DNA of 64,000 bases, taken from contig JAJECI010000007.1 of the NCBI GenBank assembly GCA_022822065.1, positions 134,346-198,345 of the forward strand, written 5' to 3'. The notes beneath the pieces are model-generated. The model was not told the DNA's origin. It did no database searches and saw nothing but the letters and a program-made list of their open reading frames with translations. This stretch comes from Candidatus Dadabacteria bacterium (GTDB lineage: Bacteria > Desulfobacterota_D > UBA1144 > Nemesobacterales > Nemesobacteraceae). A program made the translations under genes and the position numbers. Positions 57,964-64,000 of the stretch are shown piece by piece (positions within the stretch are counted from its first letter, which is position 1; each line of letters opens with the position of its first letter).

Positions 57964-58749
57964 ATGAAAGCACACGCTCTTAAAACAGAACTTCTGAACG
58001 GAGAAAGCGTCTTCTCAAAAAACAACTGCGACGCGGTTCTTTTCGATCTTGACGGAGTAATTACCACGACTGAAAAAATTCACTCAGCCTGCTGGAAAAA
58101 GACATTTGACGAGTTCCTTCGCACCTGGGCAAGCAAGCGGGGCGAGGATTTCGTCCCCTTCAACGAAACGGACGACTACCTTGAGCATGTCGACGGCAAG
58201 CCCCGCTATGAGGGCGTGCGCAGCTTTCTGCTCGCTCGCGCAATAGAACTTCCCGAGGGCAATACAAACTCCCCTCCGGGCGAGCAATCGGTTTTCGGAC
58301 TAGGGAACAGGAAAAACCAGCTGTTCACGGAAACCCTTGAAAAAGAGTCGCCTGGAATCTACCCGACATCCGTCGCGCTAGCGCGCCATCTTAAGGAAGC
58401 CGGGCTTCGCCTGGCAGTCGTATCTTCAAGCAGAAACTGCCGGGCAGTAATGGAGGCCGCGGGAATAGAGGACCTTTTCGAGGTAACGGTGGACGGGGTA
58501 ACGGCAGCCGAAAAAGGTCTTCGGGGAAAACCGCAACCTGATACGTTCATTGAAGCCGCCTCGGCTCTTGGAATCAAGCCCGCAAGGAGCATCGTTATCG
58601 AGGATGCGATGGCAGGAGTGGCGGCGGGAGCGAGTGGGGGGTTCGGGATGGTAATCGGCGTAGCCAGAAAACAAAACGAAGAGGAACTTTTTTCAAACGG
58701 AGCGGACATGGTCGTCAGAGACCTGGGGGAGTTCGGATTTGGGGAGTAA
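57964..58749 (+). CDS. pgmB: beta-phosphoglucomutase (HAD superfamily)
   Basis: FDLDGVIT HAD motif I; directly upstream of the GH65 phosphorylase. Confidence 0.8.
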   Translation: MKAHALKTELLNGESVFSKNNCDAVLFDLDGVITTTEKIHSACWKKTFDEFLRTWASKRGEDFVPFNETDDYLEHVDGKPRYEGVRSFLLARAIELPEGNTNSPPGEQSVFGLGNRKNQLFTETLEKESPGIYPTSVALARHLKEAGLRLAVVSSSRNCRAVMEAAGIEDLFEVTVDGVTAAEKGLRGKPQPDTFIEAASALGIKPARSIVIEDAMAGVAAGASGGFGMVIGVARKQNEEELFSNGADMVVRDLGEFGFGE

Positions 58750-58767
58750 CGTGCGAGGAGAGCAGGG

Positions 58768-61161
58768 ATGATAAAAAGAGATAGAAAAGGAATATATGCG
58801 GCACAGCACATATATCCACCGGATCCGTGGAGAATAACGGAAAAGCAGTTTTATCCCGAATTAATCGGCCTTGCGGAAACCATTTTTTGTACCTCAAACG
58901 GCTACATAGGAATGCGGGGCGCCTTCGAAGAGGGAAACCCGAGCTACCAGAATTTCACCATAGTAAACGGCTTCTACGAAACGTGGCCCATCATATACGG
59001 AGAGGAAGCTTTCGGATTCACGAAGATGGGACAGACCATAGTAAACGTTCCGGACTCGAAGATAATCAAGCTTTACGTGGACGACGAGCCCTTTTACATA
59101 CCGACCGCGACCCTCCTTCACTTCGAGCGGTTCCTCGACATGAGAAACGGCGTGGTAGAGAGAAACCTCATATGGGAAATGTTCTCGGGCAAACAGATAT
59201 CGATAAGATCGAAAAGACTGGTTTCGATGGAGCACCGCCACCTAGCCGCCATATCCTACGAAGTAACGGTTCTCAACGACAAAGCCCCCGTAATCATATC
59301 TTCGGAAATAATTGACCACGAAAACTATGTGGAAGAAGACGAGGAACAGCAGGTGCAGGGCAACGGAGGAGATCCGCGAAGGGCAAGCAGGCTTGAGCAC
59401 CGCGTTCTTGAACCCTGCCTGAATGACGTGCGGGACACGAGCGTGATTCTCTGCCACTCGACCCGAAACAGCAAGATGACGATAACATCGGGAATCGAGC
59501 ACACGCTTGAGACAAACTGCGATTTCTCCCATACGAGCAGGGCGGCAGATGACCGAGGAAAAGTAGTTTTCATGGTTGACGCCCAAAAGGGAGAACCGAT
59601 AACTCTTACCAAGTACATGACCTATCACACTACGAGAACCGCGCCGCACACAAACGAGGAACTTCGGGAGAGAGCCAGAAGAAGCCTTAAAAGAGCCAAG
59701 AAGTTCGGGTTTTCGGATCTGCTTGAGGGCCAGCGCAAGTATCTCGACAAATTCTGGGAAAGAAGCGACGTGTGCGTGGAAATGGACAGCGATGAGAGGA
59801 CGGTGTCTTTTCAGCAGGCGATAAGATTCAGCCTTTTCCAGATGCACCAGTCGTCGGCAAGGGTCGAAGGAGCCGGAGTCCCGTCCAAGGGTCTTACCGG
59901 GGCGGGCTACGACGGCCATTATTTCTGGGACATGGAAATATACTTAATGCCCTTTCTTACCTACACTTCACCCACTATCGCCGAGAACCTTCTCAAGTTT
60001 CGCTACAGCATGCTCGACAAGGCGAGGGAATACGCAAGAAGACTTAACCAGAAAGGAGCGATGTTTCCCTGGAGGACCATAAACGGGGAAGAGGCTTCAG
60101 CTTACTACGCGGCGGGAACCGCACAGTACCATATAAATGCCGACATAGTCTACGCGCTCAAAAAATACGTTAATGTCACGGGAGATCACGATTTTGTCTC
60201 CAAGTACGGAGCTGAGATCCTGATTGAAACGGCAAGACTCTGGAGCGATCTTGGATTCTACTCGAACTCGGGAGAAGAAAAGTTCGAAATACACGGCGTT
60301 ACCGGTCCGGACGAGTACAACACCGTGGTAAACAACAATACCTACACTAATTTCATGGCCCGCGAGAACCTAAGACTCGCCGCCGCCACGGTTGAAAAAC
60401 TCGAGGAAGCCGAACCCGAACTCTTTAAAAGCCTCGCCCACAAAACCAACCTCCGCATCTCGGAAATAGAGGACTGGAAAAAAGCCGCCGAGCACATGTA
60501 CATACCGTATGATGAAGAACTCGGAATACACCCTCAGGACGACCATTTTCTCGAGAAGGAAAAATGGGATTTTGAAAACGTCCCGGAGGACAAGTATCCC
60601 ATACTGCTCCACTACCACCCGCTGGTCATTTACCGCCACAAAGTAGTCAAGCAGTCGGATCTCGTACTTGCGATGTTTCTTCTTGAAAAGGAGTTCTCGC
60701 AAGAAGAAAAAAGACGGAACTTTGATTACTACGACCCTCTTACAACCGGAGACTCTTCACTTTCAGCCTGCATACAGGGAATAGCCGCCGCCAAGGTCGG
60801 ACACATGGACAAGGCGATGGAATACGCGGAAAACGCGGTTTTCATGGATCTGGGAGACATGGGACGAAACACAGTTGACGGCTGTCACATAGCTTCAATG
60901 GGAGGAACGTGGATGATGTTCGTGTTCGGATTCGCCGGGCTCGCCAACAGCAGGAAAAAACCCGAATTCATCCCCAATCTTCCCCAGGAGATGCTGAGGC
61001 TCAACTTTTCCATCTCGATTCTGGGCAATCTGATAGAGGTGGACCTGAACCACTCGGAAACCAGATACACGCTTAAAAATGGAGACGGAATAGCTCTTCG
61101 CCACGCGGGAGTCGATTTTGAAATTTCGCCGGAGAGCCCGACATTCTCAGCGAAAACCTGA
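58768..61161 (+). CDS. glycoside hydrolase family 65 disaccharide phosphorylase (kojibiose/trehalose/maltose phosphorylase type)
   Basis: 797 aa; GH65 N-terminal beta-sandwich and (alpha/alpha)6 catalytic domain pattern. Confidence 0.8.
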   Translation: MIKRDRKGIYAAQHIYPPDPWRITEKQFYPELIGLAETIFCTSNGYIGMRGAFEEGNPSYQNFTIVNGFYETWPIIYGEEAFGFTKMGQTIVNVPDSKIIKLYVDDEPFYIPTATLLHFERFLDMRNGVVERNLIWEMFSGKQISIRSKRLVSMEHRHLAAISYEVTVLNDKAPVIISSEIIDHENYVEEDEEQQVQGNGGDPRRASRLEHRVLEPCLNDVRDTSVILCHSTRNSKMTITSGIEHTLETNCDFSHTSRAADDRGKVVFMVDAQKGEPITLTKYMTYHTTRTAPHTNEELRERARRSLKRAKKFGFSDLLEGQRKYLDKFWERSDVCVEMDSDERTVSFQQAIRFSLFQMHQSSARVEGAGVPSKGLTGAGYDGHYFWDMEIYLMPFLTYTSPTIAENLLKFRYSMLDKAREYARRLNQKGAMFPWRTINGEEASAYYAAGTAQYHINADIVYALKKYVNVTGDHDFVSKYGAEILIETARLWSDLGFYSNSGEEKFEIHGVTGPDEYNTVVNNNTYTNFMARENLRLAAATVEKLEEAEPELFKSLAHKTNLRISEIEDWKKAAEHMYIPYDEELGIHPQDDHFLEKEKWDFENVPEDKYPILLHYHPLVIYRHKVVKQSDLVLAMFLLEKEFSQEEKRRNFDYYDPLTTGDSSLSACIQGIAAAKVGHMDKAMEYAENAVFMDLGDMGRNTVDGCHIASMGGTWMMFVFGFAGLANSRKKPEFIPNLPQEMLRLNFSISILGNLIEVDLNHSETRYTLKNGDGIALRHAGVDFEISPESPTFSAKT

Positions 61162-61203
61162 AAAGCCTCTGAAGCTTGGTTCTAAACACGGAATCTGATA
61201 CAA

Positions 61204-62199
61204 ATGGGCTTTGAACTGGAAAAAAAAGCGGGGATTGACGCCGTAACCAAAGCGGCAAGGGCCTGCGTACAAATGCACGAGGAACCCGAGTTCCGCGAAG
61301 CGCTTTACAAAACAGATGGCTCCCCGGTCACCCTCGCGGACTTTTTCGTACAGGCGTTAATAAACGAGGAACTCACAACCTCTTTTCCCGAAATTCCCAT
61401 AGTAGCCGAAGAAACCTCACTCTGTCTTGAGGGGAGCTGCGGAGAAAAACTCAGAAAAAATCTCGAGAAATTCCTGTCCGGAAAAAGTCCGGATGAAATA
61501 TTCTGCGCGATCAACAGGGGAAATCACGGGGGCGGAGGCCGCGGCAGATTCTGGACGCTTGACCCGATTGACGGAACAAGAGGGCTTCTCGCAAAACGCC
61601 AGTACGCAATCGCGCTCGCGCTTATTGAAGACGGAGAGGTCGTCCTCGGAGTACTGGGGTGTCCGGAACTGGGGCCAGATGCAAGAAACGGTGCAGGTCG
61701 GGAGAAGGGATTTGTGTTTTTCGCCGAGAGGGGACAGGGTTCCTATCAGGTAGCGCTCTCGAACGGTATACAGACACGTATTTCGGTATCGGGAATCGCA
61801 AGAGCCTCAGAGGCCGTTATGTGCGAATCGGTCGAAGCTCCGGATTCATCCTATGAATTCTCGGGAAAAATTTCCCGTTTTCTCGATATAACCGCAGAAC
61901 CCGTAAGAATGGACAGCCAATGTAAATATGCGGTCTTGGCCAGGGGAGATACTTCCATCTACCTTCGCCCGCCGCTGCAAAAAAATTACAAGGAAAACAT
62001 ATGGGATCATGCAGCGGGATACATAATCGTCAGGGAAGCCGGCGGAACTGTGACAGACTCTTCAGGTAAGCCGCTTGATTTCTCCATCGGCAAAAAACTC
62101 CGCGAGAACAAAGGGATCTTAGCAACCAATGGCGTCATCCATGAAGCAGTGCTGCGGGCTGTGAAAAAGACCGTCTCCAAAAAAAGGCATCCGGGTTAA
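61204..62199 (+). CDS. 3'(2'),5'-bisphosphate nucleotidase (HAL2/SAL1-type PAP phosphatase, inositol monophosphatase superfamily)
   Basis: WTLDPIDGT metal-binding motif; 331 aa, longer than CysQ. Confidence 0.7.
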   Translation: MGFELEKKAGIDAVTKAARACVQMHEEPEFREALYKTDGSPVTLADFFVQALINEELTTSFPEIPIVAEETSLCLEGSCGEKLRKNLEKFLSGKSPDEIFCAINRGNHGGGGRGRFWTLDPIDGTRGLLAKRQYAIALALIEDGEVVLGVLGCPELGPDARNGAGREKGFVFFAERGQGSYQVALSNGIQTRISVSGIARASEAVMCESVEAPDSSYEFSGKISRFLDITAEPVRMDSQCKYAVLARGDTSIYLRPPLQKNYKENIWDHAAGYIIVREAGGTVTDSSGKPLDFSIGKKLRENKGILATNGVIHEAVLRAVKKTVSKKRHPG

Positions 62200-62308
62200 C
62201 AGATCAAATTTCTTGTGAGCCAGAAAACGGCATCTCCTGAATCCGGTTTAATTAAAACCTTCTAAAAAGTTAGTGCCACGCCTACAGGCTCATAAGGCAT
62301 AATTATTT

Positions 62309-63112
62309 TTACACCCACAAATAAACCCCAATTATCACAGCGGAAAGAATCACCCTGTAAACTACAAAAAGAGTGAATGACCTTGTCTTAACGTAATCCA
62401 GCAGAAACCGGATAGCGAAAAGGGCCGAGATAAAAGAAGTAGCCACACCGAGAACGAAAGACCATCTGAACATCTCCGCGTATCCGAGATGCCTTATCTC
62501 GAAAACCCCGGCCGCAACTATTACAGGTATGGCCAAAAGAAATGAGAAACGCGCGGCTTCTTCTCTTTTGTAGTTCCTGAAAAGCCCCCCGGTAATCGTA
62601 ACCCCCGCTCTTGAAGCTCCGGGCAGAATCGCAAATGCCTGCGCCACGCCGAAAAAAAGCGCATCTGCAAGGTTCATGTCCCGAAGGGTCTTGGTTGCGG
62701 TCGTCTTCCTGTCGGAGATGTAGAGAAGCACCCCGAAACCCAGAAGAAACGCGGCCACAGGAACAGGGTCGCGAAGCATCCCTGAGGCGTACTCCTCGAA
62801 CAAAAACCCGGCCGCAACAGCGGGCAGGGTAGCGATCACGAGGTAAACTCCGATTTTTCCATCTTGGCGGCCCTCAAAGGAAAAAGACCTCAAGCCGCAG
62901 AAAAAATCCCGTATGATGAGCGCAAGCTCTCCCCTGAAGCAGTAAAGGATCGCAAAGAGGCTCCCTACGTGAAGCGCCACCGTGAAAGGCAGTCCCTGGT
63001 CCTGCCAGGAAAAAAGCCACGGAACCAGAAACAGGTGGGCAGTGCTGCTTACGGGGAAGAATTCGGTTATTCCCTGTATGAGTCCGAGTATTATCGACTG
63101 CGCTATCTCCAA
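62309..63112 (-). CDS. uppP: undecaprenyl-diphosphatase
   Basis: GITEFFPVSSTAHL motif. Confidence 0.9.
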   Translation of the reverse strand: MEIAQSIILGLIQGITEFFPVSSTAHLFLVPWLFSWQDQGLPFTVALHVGSLFAILYCFRGELALIIRDFFCGLRSFSFEGRQDGKIGVYLVIATLPAVAAGFLFEEYASGMLRDPVPVAAFLLGFGVLLYISDRKTTATKTLRDMNLADALFFGVAQAFAILPGASRAGVTITGGLFRNYKREEAARFSFLLAIPVIVAAGVFEIRHLGYAEMFRWSFVLGVATSFISALFAIRFLLDYVKTRSFTLFVVYRVILSAVIIGVYLWV

Positions 63113-63115
63113 TCT

Positions 63116-64000
63116 CTAGCTCCCCGTAACACCGTTTTCCAAAACGTCCCTGAGATAAAAAGCCGTGTGAGAACCGCTTACCCCGCATATCTCCTCCGGA
63201 GTGCCGCAGGCAACAAGCTCTCCACCGTCTTCTCCACCTCCGGGACCGAGATCAATCACGTGGTCCGCGCACTTTATGATGTCAAGATTATGCTCTATGA
63301 CAACCACGGTGTTTCCAATATCCACGAGCCTTTGTATTACCGAAACGAGCTTCTGTATATCATCGAAATGAAGCCCGACCGACGGTTCGTCAAGTATGTA
63401 GAGGGTCTTTCCAGAAGCTTTTTTCCCAAGTTCTCTGGCAAGTTTTATGCGCTGCGCCTCCCCTCCGGAAAGAGTGGTTACCCTCTGCCCGAGCCTTACG
63501 TAACCGAGCCCGACGTCGTTTAGCAACCTGAGCTTCCCCGAAATTTTCGGTATGTTCTCGAAAAAATCCGCCGCCTCTTCTATGGTCATCTCAAGAACGT
63601 CCGACATGTTCTTTCCCTTGTACCTGATCGCCAAGGTCTCCTCATTGTACCTTCTTCCTCCGCACACCTCGCACGTGACGTAAACATCGGGGAGAAAATG
63701 CATCTCGATCCTGACGGTTCCGCTTCCCCTGCATCCCGCACAGCTTCCCTGGGAAAGATTGAAACTGAATCTGCCCGGTCCGTATCCCATCACCTTCGAC
63801 TCGGGAAGCATGGAGAAGATTTTTCTTATCTCGGTGAGCACGCCGGTGTAGGTTGCGGGGTTCGATCTCGGAGTTCTGCCTATCGGGCTCTGATCGACCT
63901 TGATGACCTTGTCCAGATTTTCGATGCCGATGATTTCTCCGTGTGGAGCTGCCCGGTTTTTGCTCCGGTTAAGCTTTCTTGACAGACCGTTATAAAGGGT
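63116..64000 (-). CDS. uvrA: excinuclease ABC subunit A, C-terminal portion (gene continues beyond window end)
   Basis: C-terminal ABC NBD and Zn-finger (CAGCRGSG...CEVCGGRRY); ORF is open to nt 64000 on the minus strand. Confidence 0.85.
   Translation of the reverse strand, partial: TLYNGLSRKLNRSKNRAAPHGEIIGIENLDKVIKVDQSPIGRTPRSNPATYTGVLTEIRKIFSMLPESKVMGYGPGRFSFNLSQGSCAGCRGSGTVRIEMHFLPDVYVTCEVCGGRRYNEETLAIRYKGKNMSDVLEMTIEEAADFFENIPKISGKLRLLNDVGLGYVRLGQRVTTLSGGEAQRIKLARELGKKASGKTLYILDEPSVGLHFDDIQKLVSVIQRLVDIGNTVVVIEHNLDIIKCADHVIDLGPGGGEDGGELVACGTPEEICGVSGSHTAFYLRDVLENGVTGS

Overview
This 64-kb window looks like a chromosomal segment of a Gram-negative-type bacterium. The taxon cannot be assigned from the sequence alone. 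Hand-counted 100-nt samples in the core regions give about 52-55% GC. Gene density is high on both strands: about 65 protein-coding genes and 3 tRNAs (Ser-CGA on +, Phe-GAA on -, Glu-CUC on -). The core content is housekeeping. It includes a heterodimeric ABC exporter, aguB-aguA for agmatine to putrescine, a folK-folB operon with a FolM-like reductase and hpt, tkt-pgi, rpiA, sulfite/nitrite reductase, RNase R, amt, fmt, nadK, prfB, aroC, queA, argG, rluD-yfiH, pyrF, ispH, a GH65 phosphorylase with beta-PGM, uppP, and the 3' part of uvrA. The most unusual region is a five-gene cassette at about 45.6-50.7 kb. Its composition is atypical: hand-counted windows are about 43-46% GC and it uses A/T-ending codons, whereas the core genes favour G/C-ending codons. 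It encodes a hypothetical protein, a P-loop PAPS-type sulfotransferase, two classical SDR oxidoreductases and an SRPBCC (Bet v1-like) ligand-binding protein. I interpret it as a horizontally acquired cassette that tailors a sulfated lipid or small molecule. I cannot link it to any described pathway. Other notable points are listed as findings. An orphan PilM-like actin-fold ATPase sits in an operon with an XRE regulator, a two-TM membrane protein and a lipoprotein, between two tRNA genes. A RadC-like JAB domain is fused to a DinG helicase. prfB carries the classical CTT-TGA-C programmed +1 frameshift, which the ORF track splits. A Y1 (IS200-like) transposase homolog is fused to a DnaA-C-like HTH and sits behind a perfect sigma70 consensus promoter with a leaderless start. 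There is a sigma54 promoter plus an NtrC-like palindrome upstream of amt. The ABC pair has a deliberately degenerate (asymmetric) ATP site. hpt starts at a non-ATG codon behind a strong RBS. No CRISPR array, integrase or rRNA was seen.
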